Below, one piece after another: positions 1 to 9,299 of a stretch of 64,000 nt of DNA (the stretch's first letter is position 1; the number at the start of each line of letters is the position of its first letter). The notes beneath the pieces were generated by a model. That model ran no database searches. It had not been told where the DNA came from and saw only the letters and a program-made list of their open reading frames with translations. Position numbers and translations under genes: made by a program. Source of the DNA: an uncultured Gammaproteobacteria bacterium (GTDB taxonomy: Bacteria; Pseudomonadota; Gammaproteobacteria; Pseudomonadales; Azotimanducaceae); NCBI GenBank assembly GCA_913051785.1, contig CAJXCK010000001.1, positions 3,709 through 67,708 on the forward strand. The letters run 5' to 3'.

Positions 1-869
1 TGACTATGCAATCGATTGCCTGCTTCACGCCAAACCACTGATCTTTCATCATCCAAAATTGTTTCATTAACTTCCTCGCCCCTGTGAGCCGGGAGACAAT
101 GCATAAATAGAGCGTTCTCTGCTGCGAGATCCAATAAAGATTCTGTTATTTGGTAGGGCTTGAATGTCTTTTTGCGCTCCATCTCATAACCCTCATGACC
201 CATCGAGGACCAGACGTCTGTAACCACCAGGTCAGCCCCTGATACCGCCTTTTCAGGAATTCTCTCGAGCCTAGGCTTTGTTCCTCCTTCAAGTATATCG
301 CTGTTTGGTTCGAAGCCCATGGGGCAACAAACTGTTAAGTTGAAATCCCACCGACGCGAGGCGTTAATATAAGAGTGGCACATATTGTAGCCGTCTCCGA
401 CAAAAGTTACTTTTTTACCGGTTATTGGACCACGCAACTCTCGGAATGTTTGCATGTCCGCAAGTAATTGACAGGGATGCAGTAGGGTCGTCATTGCGTT
501 TATAACTGGGATTGACGAAGAGTCGGCAAGTAGTTGGACATCTTCTTGCTTGGGTGTTCTGATCACGATCAAATCCACCATCTCTGACAACACTTTCCCT
601 AAATCAGAGATGGGTTCGCCTCGCCCTAGCTGAGTATCTTTCGTAGATAGAAATATTGGGTGAGCCCCGAGTTGTGCAAGTCCAGCCTCGAACCCGACAC
701 GAGTTCGCGTGCTTTCCATTTGAAGGATAATCGCTGCAGTTTTACCTATCAGCGGTTGGTAAACGACTTTGTTCTCGTGCATTTGTCTAAACTCCGAAGA
801 ACGCTTTATAACGGAATCAAGCTCGCTAGGAGAAAAATCCATCAGTGATAGAAAGTCACGTTTTTTCAT
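1..869 (-). CDS. argF: Ornithine carbamoyltransferase, partial (C-terminus runs off the left edge)
   Basis: My own minus-strand translation starts at the ATG at 869-867: MKKRDFLSLMDFSPSELD...ESTRTRVGFEAG (STRTR carbamoyl-phosphate motif). Near the window edge it reads HCLPAHRGEEV (OTCase HCLP motif). The ORF is missing from the supplied track because it has no stop inside the window. It lies next to argD. Confidence 0.9.
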   Translation of the reverse strand, partial: MKKRDFLSLMDFSPSELDSVIKRSSEFRQMHENKVVYQPLIGKTAAIILQMESTRTRVGFEAGLAQLGAHPIFLSTKDTQLGRGEPISDLGKVLSEMVDLIVIRTPKQEDVQLLADSSSIPVINAMTTLLHPCQLLADMQTFRELRGPITGKKVTFVGDGYNMCHSYINASRRWDFNLTVCCPMGFEPNSDILEGGTKPRLERIPEKAVSGADLVVTDVWSSMGHEGYEMERKKTFKPYQITESLLDLAAENALFMHCLPAHRGEEVNETILDDERSVVWREAGNRLHS

Positions 870-889
870 GGAGTCAAAGGTCTTTAGAG

Positions 890-2065
890 TTATGTGGTGA
901 GCAACAAGATTTTTGCTAGCTTGTTCACCAATTCTTCTGCTTCAGATTGAGCTAAATTTAAAGGCGGTAACAGTCGGATTATGTTGCCTTGTGTGACGTT
1001 GATTAACAGTCTCTCCGCCAACGCTTTTTTTACAAGGTCTGGTGCTTCGTCAACTAACTCAACGGCAATCATCATGCCTCTGCCGCGAATCTCTTTTACT
1101 CGATTTATACCCGCTAATTTGGCGTTCATTAATTCGACGAGTAAATGGCCTGTTTTGCGAGCGTGGTCGCAAATTGAGTCCTTTTCAATAATATCTAAAA
1201 CCGCATTTGCTGCCGCGCATGCGAGCGGGTTTCCTCCGAACGTGGATCCATGATTCCCTGGTTGAAAAATACTGGCCGCAACACCTCGTGCTATACAGGC
1301 GCCTATTGGGAAGCCATTGCCTAGGCCTTTTGCGGTGGTCACAATGTCAGGGGCTATCTCGAAATGCTGGTATGCGAAGAACTCTCCAGTGCGGCCATTT
1401 CCTGTTTGGACCTCGTCGAGCATCATTAACCAATCATTCTCGTCACATATCGTCCTTAGCGCTGGCAAGTAGTCATCTGACGGTATCTCTATGCCACCTT
1501 CACCAAGTATTGGCTCCAAGAGGACGGCAACGATATTTTGATTATCTTGGGCGATTCTTTTGATCGCATCTATATCGTTATAAGGGGCTCGAATAAAGCC
1601 ACTCACGAGAGGTTCGAATCCCGCTTGGACCTTTCTGCTACCTGTGGCAGTTAGCGTAGCCATTGTCCTTCCGTGGAAGCTATTTTCTGCAACCAAAATG
1701 AGGGGATTTTTGACTGAGTTTTGGTTCCCATAAAGGCGGGCGATTTTAATTGCTGCCTCGTTTGCCTCGGCGCCTGAGTTACAAAAAAACACATTATCCA
1801 TACCCGATAATTTGCATAAACGCTCCGCCAGCTTGGATTGAATAGGGATGTCGTAGAGATTAGAGGTGTGGAGAAGCTTTTGGCTTTGATCGGAGATGAC
1901 CTGCGAAATCTCTGGATGAGCATGTCCCAAACCGCAGACCGCTATGCCGGTTAAAGCGTCAAGATATTTATTGCCTGCCGCGTCTACCAGGTACGCTCCA
2001 TCGCCTTTCACAAAGGATACCGGCAGCCTGCCATAAGTTGGCATAACGTGTTGATTCATTTCCAT
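890..2065 (-). CDS. argD: Acetylornithine/succinyldiaminopimelate aminotransferase (class-III PLP)
   Basis: ORF 890-2143. The homologous N-terminus MEMNQHVMPTYGRLPVSFVKGDGAYL begins at internal Met27 (2065). It has class-III aminotransferase motifs (SGAEANE, DEVQTG, TTAKGLGNGFP) and is adjacent to argF. Confidence 0.88.
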   Translation of the reverse strand: MEMNQHVMPTYGRLPVSFVKGDGAYLVDAAGNKYLDALTGIAVCGLGHAHPEISQVISDQSQKLLHTSNLYDIPIQSKLAERLCKLSGMDNVFFCNSGAEANEAAIKIARLYGNQNSVKNPLILVAENSFHGRTMATLTATGSRKVQAGFEPLVSGFIRAPYNDIDAIKRIAQDNQNIVAVLLEPILGEGGIEIPSDDYLPALRTICDENDWLMMLDEVQTGNGRTGEFFAYQHFEIAPDIVTTAKGLGNGFPIGACIARGVAASIFQPGNHGSTFGGNPLACAAANAVLDIIEKDSICDHARKTGHLLVELMNAKLAGINRVKEIRGRGMMIAVELVDEAPDLVKKALAERLLINVTQGNIIRLLPPLNLAQSEAEELVNKLAKILLLTT

Positions 2066-2195
2066 AGTTTCTTTGCCCAGACAAGCAGCTGAGCCCGATT
2101 TCGAAGGGTATTCTCGCCAAAGCAAAGATCCTACTAGACCCATTGATAGTCTTCAACAAGCGAAAAGTGCTGCGACTGGGTGATTTTTGGATCTA

Positions 2196-3326
2196 TCAAA
2201 TATCTTGTAGTGCTTGCTTCAGCCTCTGCAAGCCCTCATTTAGGGTCTCTCGTGGTGCCGCGAAATTAAATCGTACATAGTCTGGATCCCCGAATTGTTC
2301 TCCCCAAGATAAACCAAGACCGTACTGCTCAAAGTATTCTTTGGGGTCCCTCTGTTTCAGGTCTCCTACGTATATCCAAGCTAGGTATGTAGCCTCAACA
2401 TTAGTAATTCGGTCACCCGTAACTTGTTTAAGATCCTCGTAATTTTGTCGCAGCCTTCTGTTTAGGGTATCGATCCACGACGACGTGTCTCTTAGCGCGG
2501 CTTCCGTTGCCGCATAATTCAACGGCCCGATACTAGGCAGAAGGCCTGATGAAGCCTTCTGAAATCTCTCCCGCACCGAGTCATCAGGTATTACCGCCGC
2601 TGCGCAGCCTAAACCTGGCATATTGTAAGCCTTAGTTGCACCGTAAAAAGTAATAGTTCTAGAAAGAAGGCTCGCGTCGAGCTTGGCAAGCGGAATGTGG
2701 TTTTTTGTCTCGTCAATGATTAGCGGGCAATGTATCTCATCGCTCAATATGAGCAGGTCTTTTTCTAATAGAATTGAGGATAAATTTCTAAGTTCGCCTT
2801 CAGTGTAGGCCCGGCCAGTCGGATTTTGGGGGTTCGAAATCGCAAGTACGCCAGTTTGATCAATATGCTCCCTCATCAGCGAGAAGTCCATTTCCCATCG
2901 GTCCTCAACAAGTTTTAGAGGGACCCTAATCTCTTGTTTATGAGAGTTTTTCGCGAGCTCAAGAAACGGATGATAAGAGGGTGTGGGAACCATAACTCTT
3001 TTATCTGAGTCAATCATTCTGCAAGCCACGTTCAGTCCCGAGACGACTCCTGGGAGCCAAACCACCCATTCGCTTTTAATGGACCAATCGTAGCTTTTTA
3101 AGAGCCAGGTTCGGAGGGCTTCAGTAAGAGACTCTGGATCTTCCGAGTAACCAAGTATAGGGTGACAAAGTCGCTCTTTTACGGCGTCTAAAATGAATGC
3201 CGGAGTTTCGTAGTCCATATCGGCAACCCAAAAGGGCAGTATGTCCCTGTCTTTATACTTTTCCCATTTCGTAGAGTGAGTTCCTCTTCGATCAATCAGT
3301 TGACTCAGCCAATCTTGGTCTCTCAA
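2196..3326 (-). CDS. PatB/MalY-type aminotransferase class I/II (putative cystathionine beta-lyase / C-S lyase)
   Basis: RRGTHSTKWEKY...ILPFWVADMDYETP...LGY is typical of the PatB/MalY family. The track ORF extends to 3503, but that extension has no homology and overlaps grxD. There is no ATG before the conserved core, so I propose the in-frame TTG at 3326 as the start. The start is uncertain. Confidence 0.75.
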   Translation of the reverse strand: MRDQDWLSQLIDRRGTHSTKWEKYKDRDILPFWVADMDYETPAFILDAVKERLCHPILGYSEDPESLTEALRTWLLKSYDWSIKSEWVVWLPGVVSGLNVACRMIDSDKRVMVPTPSYHPFLELAKNSHKQEIRVPLKLVEDRWEMDFSLMREHIDQTGVLAISNPQNPTGRAYTEGELRNLSSILLEKDLLILSDEIHCPLIIDETKNHIPLAKLDASLLSRTITFYGATKAYNMPGLGCAAAVIPDDSVRERFQKASSGLLPSIGPLNYAATEAALRDTSSWIDTLNRRLRQNYEDLKQVTGDRITNVEATYLAWIYVGDLKQRDPKEYFEQYGLGLSWGEQFGDPDYVRFNFAAPRETLNEGLQRLKQALQDI

Positions 3327-3424
3327 AACTTTGTATTCAGAAAAGTTCGAAAATTCATTATTAATAGCCCTTAAAAAAGTTAATATAAAGAAAGGAGATC
3401 GATTACGAAAGTTGAGGTTTTGGG

Positions 3425-3769
3425 ATGAGCGAGACAGCGTTGGAGACGATAAAAAGGCAAATATCGGAGAACCCGATTCTGCTTTATATGAAAGGATCAC
3501 CACAGGCCCCTCAGTGTGGTTTTTCGGCGAAGACCATCGAGTGCATGGTTGGTTGCGGTCAAAGGTTTGCGTATGTCGACATACTCAGCAATCCCGAGAT
3601 AAGGGCCACGCTGCCTTCTTACGCGGAATGGCCTACCTTCCCGCAACTGTGGGTTGATGGGGAACTTGTGGGTGGATGCGACATAGTTACTGAGATGTTC
3701 GAATCGGGAGAGTTAGAGGCGTTGTTGTCGGAAACAACAGAAAGGAACACCGATTCAGAAGACTCATAG
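3425..3769 (+). CDS. grxD: Monothiol glutaredoxin Grx4 family
   Basis: It has the CGFS active site (PQCGFSAKT), WPTFPQLWVDGELVGGCDI, the expected 114 aa length, and the classical grxD-rnt neighbourhood. Confidence 0.93.
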   Translation: MSETALETIKRQISENPILLYMKGSPQAPQCGFSAKTIECMVGCGQRFAYVDILSNPEIRATLPSYAEWPTFPQLWVDGELVGGCDIVTEMFESGELEALLSETTERNTDSEDS

Positions 3770-4408
3770 TTGAGACAAATTTTCACCAGAGTCGGGGTAA
3801 AAGATGTTCCTTCCAATCTGAGCGTTATGCCATAGGTTGACTATCTCGCAGAACAAAAAAGCCGTAACTTCACAGTCGTAAGAAGCGCAGTGAGCTGATT
3901 GCTCATCATAGGCAATGTCAGCCCTTTGACAAGCTTCTCGCAAAACCGTGTGCCCAAAGGCAACTCCACCCAGTGTTGCGGTATCAAAAGTGGTGAATGG
4001 ATGAAAAGGACTTCGCTTGATTCGATGTCTCTGTATGGCGGCGTTAAGGAAGCTGTTGTCGAAGACAGAGTTGTGGGCGACAAGAACGGCTCTAGTGCAC
4101 TCGTTCGTTTTCGTCTCTCTTCTCACCTCTTTGAAAAATGACTTGATCGCCGCTTTCTCGTCAGTACGGTTTTCAATATCCGAGAGCGGATCAATACCGG
4201 TTAGGAGCTGACTACCCGGGTCTATCTCGAGATTCGGCTGGGGCTTTATATCCCAGCTGAAAGATTTGTGGGGCACCAGCTTTTCGTCCTCATAATTTAG
4301 GAAAGAGCAAGCTAATTCCAGAATCGGATTCTTATTGGGGTCAAGGCCTCCCGTTTCTAAATCCACCACCACGGGGAGAAAGCCCCGAAATCTCTCAGAT
4401 ATCCGCAT
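3764..4408 (-). CDS. rnt: Ribonuclease T (DEDDh exonuclease)
   Basis: RFRGFLPVVVDLETGG...AHNSVFD...SYDCEVTA exonuclease motifs and a length of 214 aa. Its 3' end overlaps grxD convergently by 6 nt. Confidence 0.9.
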   Translation of the reverse strand: MRISERFRGFLPVVVDLETGGLDPNKNPILELACSFLNYEDEKLVPHKSFSWDIKPQPNLEIDPGSQLLTGIDPLSDIENRTDEKAAIKSFFKEVRRETKTNECTRAVLVAHNSVFDNSFLNAAIQRHRIKRSPFHPFTTFDTATLGGVAFGHTVLREACQRADIAYDEQSAHCASYDCEVTAFLFCEIVNLWHNAQIGRNIFYPDSGENLSQL

Positions 4409-4536
4409 TATCTAAATTTACTAGATTCTGAGTGCGAAGTATTTCTCAATTTCACTAAGATGACTTTTTACAACTATCATATCAGCGCGCCTTTTCATAA
4501 GATGAGTCCGGGTTTTCTCCGGTTTAGGAATCTATC

Positions 4537-5751
4537 TTGAGTACAAGTAAAAGAATTGTTCTTGCATATTCAGGGGGACTGGATACGTCTGTAATATGCA
4601 AGTGGTTGCAGGAAACCTATGAATCTGAGGTTGTTACTTTCACTGCGGATATTGGACAAGGAGAGGAGGTTGAGCCGGCGAGAGCTAAGGCGCAATCCTT
4701 GGGCGTTGAACGTATTTTCATTGAGGATTTGACTGAGGAATTCGTCTCAGACTTTGTTTTCCCCATGTTCCGCGCCAACACGGTATACGAGGGCGAGTAT
4801 TTGTTGGGCACGAGCATCGCTCGTCCGCTAATTGCGAAGAGGCTTGTTGAAATAGCCCAAGAGACTGATTCATTTGCGATCGCGCATGGCGCAACCGGTA
4901 AAGGTAACGATCAGGTTCGGTTTGAACTGGGTGCGTACGCTTTGGCTCCTGAAATCCAAGTCATCTCTCCGTGGAGAGAGTGGGACCTGTCTTCCCGCGA
5001 GGCCTTGATGCAGTATTGTAGCACTCGTCAGATCCCTGTTGATTATAAGCAATCCTCTGGGTCGCCCTATTCTATGGATGCAAATCTTCTCCACATTTCT
5101 TACGAGGGTGGCGTCTTGGAAGATCCCTCGTCAATTCCTAGTGAGGATATGTGGCGTTGGACGATTGCTCCCGAGAAAGCACCTGATGCACCGGAATATA
5201 TCGAACTAAAATTTCATGGTGGTGATCCGGTTGAGGTCAATGACCAGGCTTTGAGTCCAGCAAAACTTTTGAAAAAACTAAACGAAATAGGGGGCCGGAA
5301 CGGTATTGGGAGATCGGACATTGTAGAGAACAGATTTGTCGGTATGAAATCACGCGGCTGTTATGAAACGCCTGGTGGAACGATTCTGCTTAAAGCACAT
5401 CGCGCGATAGAATCGATCACGTTGGATAGGGAGGTCACACATTTGAAGGATGAGCTCATGCCTCGATATGCCAAGCTAATCTATAACGGGTTTTGGTGGT
5501 CTCCTGAGCGGAAAGCTTTACAGGCGTTGATTGATGAGTCGCAGCAATACGTGAGTGGCTCCGTATCGCTGAAGCTCTATAAAGGGAGTATTAGCGTCGT
5601 TTCGAGGACATCCGTAGACAGCTTATATGATCCCGAGGTCGTAACTTTTGAAGATGATGCCGGCGCATATGATCAAACAGATGCAGAGGGCTTCATCAAG
5701 CTGAATGCGCTGCGGCTCAGACTCGGCGCCAAAAAAGGCCGATTACTTTAA
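4537..5751 (+). CDS. argG: Argininosuccinate synthase
   Basis: [15 protein letters not shown]-PPase motif, ...[15 protein letters not shown]..., 404 aa, TTG start. Confidence 0.95.
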   Translation: MSTSKRIVLAYSGGLDTSVICKWLQETYESEVVTFTADIGQGEEVEPARAKAQSLGVERIFIEDLTEEFVSDFVFPMFRANTVYEGEYLLGTSIARPLIAKRLVEIAQETDSFAIAHGATGKGNDQVRFELGAYALAPEIQVISPWREWDLSSREALMQYCSTRQIPVDYKQSSGSPYSMDANLLHISYEGGVLEDPSSIPSEDMWRWTIAPEKAPDAPEYIELKFHGGDPVEVNDQALSPAKLLKKLNEIGGRNGIGRSDIVENRFVGMKSRGCYETPGGTILLKAHRAIESITLDREVTHLKDELMPRYAKLIYNGFWWSPERKALQALIDESQQYVSGSVSLKLYKGSISVVSRTSVDSLYDPEVVTFEDDAGAYDQTDAEGFIKLNALRLRLGAKKGRLL

Positions 5752-5763
5752 AAAAAATCGACG

Positions 5764-6615
5764 TTGGTGACAGTAAGACAAAATCACCCGATAGGGGTAT
5801 TTGATTCTGGAATGGGAGGGCTTTCCATATTGAGAGCACTGCGAAGAGGCCTGCCAAACGAGAGTTTTATTTATTTGGGTGATAGCGCCCGTCTGCCTTA
5901 CGGAACAAAATCAAAAGAGACCGTTATCGCCTACGCCAAACAAGCCTCAGAGATCTTGATGGAGAAGGGCATAAAAGCATTAGTAGTCGCGTGTAATACG
6001 GCAAGTGGTCATGCGCTGGATGAAATAAGTGAAATGCTAGCCCCTCGTCCCGTAATCGGAGTTGTAAAAGCTGGCTCGCTTGCAGCTGTAAAGGCGTCTG
6101 AGGAATCTGGAATTCTTGTGCTGGCAACTGAAAGCACGATAAACGGCGGAGCCTATGAAAGAGAAATTTTGTCGTTGAGCCCTAAAACAAAGGTCTATGG
6201 TAGAGCATGTCCGCTTTGGGTAGCACTAGCAGAGGAGGGCCACTCAATGCCAAAAACTTCCCTGCAAGAGCTAGCTGTTCCCGTAGTCCGGCATGGCATT
6301 CGCGGTTTTTCGAAGACCCCGAATACGGTTCTCCTTGGTTGTACACATTTCCCAGTCCTCGCAAGCTATCTCACTGCCCAGTTGCCCAGAGGCACTAAAC
6401 TTGTTGAGGCTGGCGAGACTGTCGCGTCAGAATTAGATGTCGTCTTAAAGAATAACGATTTGTTGAATGCCGATTCCGACAAAAGTCCTGTTGTTAGTTA
6501 CATCGCCACCGACAACAGGAATCGTTTCCTAAAAGTTGGTCAATTCTTTCTGGGAGAGAAAATAGATCACGTGGAATTAGTTCAAATCGGTGGAGTCGGA
6601 GGCAGACAATATTGA
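5764..6615 (+). CDS. murI: Glutamate racemase
   Basis: IGVFDSGMGGLS...VVACNTAS...LGCTHFP, which contains both catalytic Cys motifs. Confidence 0.92.
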   Translation: MVTVRQNHPIGVFDSGMGGLSILRALRRGLPNESFIYLGDSARLPYGTKSKETVIAYAKQASEILMEKGIKALVVACNTASGHALDEISEMLAPRPVIGVVKAGSLAAVKASEESGILVLATESTINGGAYEREILSLSPKTKVYGRACPLWVALAEEGHSMPKTSLQELAVPVVRHGIRGFSKTPNTVLLGCTHFPVLASYLTAQLPRGTKLVEAGETVASELDVVLKNNDLLNADSDKSPVVSYIATDNRNRFLKVGQFFLGEKIDHVELVQIGGVGGRQY

Positions 6616-7265
6616 AAAAGTTGGAAAGAGTGGAAGTTGTCCAATCGGTTCTAGAACGGTTGTATCCCAAGACTCCCTCACCTTTGAACCACGACAATAT
6701 CTTTGAGCTATTAATTGCTGTTCTCCTAAGTGCTCAGTGCACGGATGAAAGAGTCAACATGGTCACACCTGATTTGTTCCAAAAGGCGCCAAGCGTGCGA
6801 AAGATGGCAAGCTTGCCCGCTCATGAGATTTTGGAGAGTATTAAATCCTGCGGACTCGCTCCTCAAAAAGCGAAAGCGATCGAGAGACTTTCTCGCATGT
6901 TAGTCGACAACTATCAGGCTAAGGTCCCAGAAAGCTTTGAGGAGTTAGAGAAGCTTCCCGGAGTTGGACATAAGACCGCTAGTGTAGTCATGTCGCAGGG
7001 CTTTGGGCATCCGGCATTCCCTGTAGACACTCATATACATAGGTTAGCTCAGCGTTGGGGCCTAACTAACGGCATTAATGTTAGCCATACAGAGCGAGAT
7101 ATGAAGCGGCTGTTTCCCGAAGATCGCTGGAATAAATTGCATCTCCAGATAATCTTTTTTGGTCGAGAGCATTGCTCGGCAAGATCGTGTTTTGGTCTCG
7201 CCTGTGAAATTTGCAGAACATGTTACCCCCGAAGAAAAAATCCCGTGAAGACCAAAAAGCCCTAG
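6612..7265 (+). CDS. nth: Endonuclease III
   Basis: HhH-GPD motif LPGVGHKTA plus a C-terminal 4Fe-4S cluster motif CX6CX2CX5C (CSARSCFGLACEICRTC). It overlaps murI by 4 nt. Confidence 0.93.
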   Translation: MKKLERVEVVQSVLERLYPKTPSPLNHDNIFELLIAVLLSAQCTDERVNMVTPDLFQKAPSVRKMASLPAHEILESIKSCGLAPQKAKAIERLSRMLVDNYQAKVPESFEELEKLPGVGHKTASVVMSQGFGHPAFPVDTHIHRLAQRWGLTNGINVSHTERDMKRLFPEDRWNKLHLQIIFFGREHCSARSCFGLACEICRTCYPRRKNPVKTKKP

Positions 7266-7286
7266 ATGATGGGCCTTTTGGTTTTC
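7252..7286. terminator. Hairpin between the convergent genes nth and DUF924 (likely intrinsic terminator)
   Basis: CCAAAAAGCCC (7252-7262) and GGGCCTTTTGG (7271-7281) form an 11-bp stem with one mismatch and an 8-nt loop that contains the nth TAG. The stem is followed by TTTT. It fills the whole gap between the two stop codons. Confidence 0.6.
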
Positions 7287-7873
7287 TAAAAACGGCTTCC
7301 CGGATTAGACAGGAACATTTTCTCGGCCTTTGTCGATTCTCGGTTAAGTAAGATATTTCTGTGTGGAAATCTTCCAAATTTTTTTATGACCTTCAAGTGT
7401 CTCACTGCAGACCTGTGAGCCGATTTCGTGCCGTAAGCTCGCAGCAACTCAACACCACGTTTTTGCAATTCGATTTCCTCGCTGTGAATAAGTGGCATCA
7501 GCAAGAAGTTGTTTTTCCTAGCTGACAAAAAAATATTCGCCTTATCATCTAAAGCCATTAGGCAGCAGGACTGAGCTCGACTGTCAAATGTGAAAGCTTC
7601 ACCGCGATCGCGGTAAATATGTCTTGGGAATTGATCGAGAACGATAATCTCCGCGAGTCGGCCTAAAGTTTCGGCCCTCCAATTTGCCAGCAGACCTTTA
7701 GCTCCCAGATCGAGTGTCGCTCCAAATTTGAACTTAATAATTCGATCTAACTGTCGATTTTTACTCCACCAATCCTTGGGTTGTAGTTGATTAAACCAAA
7801 ATGAGATGATCGATCCGCTGTTGTGGATTCCCTGCTTGTAAGTTCCTTTTTTTGGATTGAAGGGAGCTAACAA
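7286..7873 (-). CDS. DUF924 family protein
   Basis: FWF...DWW, LDQFPRHIYRD, MPLIHSE and FGRFPHRN..LNRESTKAE are characteristic DUF924 blocks. Confidence 0.8.
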   Translation of the reverse strand: MLAPFNPKKGTYKQGIHNSGSIISFWFNQLQPKDWWSKNRQLDRIIKFKFGATLDLGAKGLLANWRAETLGRLAEIIVLDQFPRHIYRDRGEAFTFDSRAQSCCLMALDDKANIFLSARKNNFLLMPLIHSEEIELQKRGVELLRAYGTKSAHRSAVRHLKVIKKFGRFPHRNILLNRESTKAEKMFLSNPGSRF

Positions 7874-7876
7874 ATA

Positions 7877-9232
7877 CTATCCAGCTTTATAAGATAAGTT
7901 ATCGTCTCCATCTCGGAGTCGCCCTCTCAAAGAATTGGAGAAAACGTCTACGATTTCTAAATCGACCAGATCTCCTTCTCTGGCAGAACCTCTTTTGAAA
8001 TTTACTATCCGATTATTGATGGTTCTCCCTTGCAGCTCGCCTGGGTCCTTTTTTGACGGGCCCGTGACGAGACATCTTTGGATGCTTCCCATCATGCGCC
8101 TGCTATAACTAAAAGAAAGCATATTTAATTTTTCTTGGAGAATTGCAAGCCGCTCTTTTTTTTCTTCAAGAGGGACCGAGTCCTCCATTTCTGCTGCGGT
8201 CGTATTAGGTCGAGGACTATAGATAAAACTGAATGATTCATCGAATTTGACATGCTCGACTAAGTCTAATGTCGCCTGAAAATCGTCTTTTGTCTCACCT
8301 GGAAAACCTACAATAAAGTCCGATGAGAAACTCATTTCAGGCCTTACTCTGCGAATATCATCGATAAGAGAAAGATATCTTTCTACATCATACCGTCTGC
8401 GCATAAGTTTAAGGATACGATCAGAACCGCTTTGTACGGGCAGATGAACGTGACTTACGAGTTGTGGCACCAGTGAGTAGGCCTCGACTAAATTTGGCTT
8501 GAATTCGTGAGGGTGACTCGTAGTGAATCGAATTCGCTCGACCTCGTCTATTTCTCCGGTCAGCCTGATCAGGTCTGCCAGAGATGATTTCGCTTGTTGG
8601 TATTCGCCTTTGAAATTATTTACATTTTGACCAAGAAAATGGATCTCTCTCGCACCTTTTTTTACAAGATGCTTAACCTCATCCAAAATATCCTGCACTG
8701 ACCTGGATACCTCATGTCCCCTTGTCTTTGGAACCACGCAAAATGAACAGTATTTATTGCAACCCTCCATTACTGACACGAACGCTGAGGCATCGGTCGA
8801 CTCGGATTTAGGAATAAGATCGAATTTTTCGAGTTTGGGAAAAGAGACATCCATTTGACTTTGACCGGTCTCAAGCTCTCTTTTGTAAAGCTCTGGGAGT
8901 CGATGCAGGGACTGCGGTCCAAAGACGATATCGACATCTGGCGCACGTTTTCTCAGATTCTCCCCCTCTTGCGATGCTACACAGCCCCCTACGGCAATCT
9001 TAACGTCGGGGTTTTCTCCTCGCATTTTTTTCCAGCGGCCTACCTGATGGAATACCTTTTCTTGCGCTTTCTCTCGGATGGAACAGGTATTCAGAACGAG
9101 TAAATCTGCCTCTTTCTCGTTATCAGTCACTTCAAATTTCTCTTGTTCACGCATGAGGTCAAGAACCTTCATTGAATCGTACTCGTTCATTTGGCAACCC
9201 TGCGTTTTTATGAATATTTTCTTCGTCTTCAT
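7877..9232 (-). CDS. miaB: tRNA-2-methylthio-N6-dimethylallyladenosine synthase (radical SAM MTTase)
   Basis: N-terminal UPF0004 domain (FIKTQGCQMNEYDS), radical-SAM CNKYCSFCVVP, and a C-terminal TRAM domain. 451 aa. Confidence 0.93.
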   Translation of the reverse strand: MKTKKIFIKTQGCQMNEYDSMKVLDLMREQEKFEVTDNEKEADLLVLNTCSIREKAQEKVFHQVGRWKKMRGENPDVKIAVGGCVASQEGENLRKRAPDVDIVFGPQSLHRLPELYKRELETGQSQMDVSFPKLEKFDLIPKSESTDASAFVSVMEGCNKYCSFCVVPKTRGHEVSRSVQDILDEVKHLVKKGAREIHFLGQNVNNFKGEYQQAKSSLADLIRLTGEIDEVERIRFTTSHPHEFKPNLVEAYSLVPQLVSHVHLPVQSGSDRILKLMRRRYDVERYLSLIDDIRRVRPEMSFSSDFIVGFPGETKDDFQATLDLVEHVKFDESFSFIYSPRPNTTAAEMEDSVPLEEKKERLAILQEKLNMLSFSYSRRMMGSIQRCLVTGPSKKDPGELQGRTINNRIVNFKRGSAREGDLVDLEIVDVFSNSLRGRLRDGDDNLSYKAG

Positions 9233-9299
9233 AAGGCTCCGAATTTAGATCCAGTAGGCACTTTGTGTAAGTGTTTGCGTTATTTTAACCAGTTGTCTC

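Noticed and set aside
660-848. A 62-aa plus-strand ORF at the left edge.
   Set aside because: It is antisense to the clearly recognisable argF (STRTR and HCLP motifs on the minus strand), so it is spurious.
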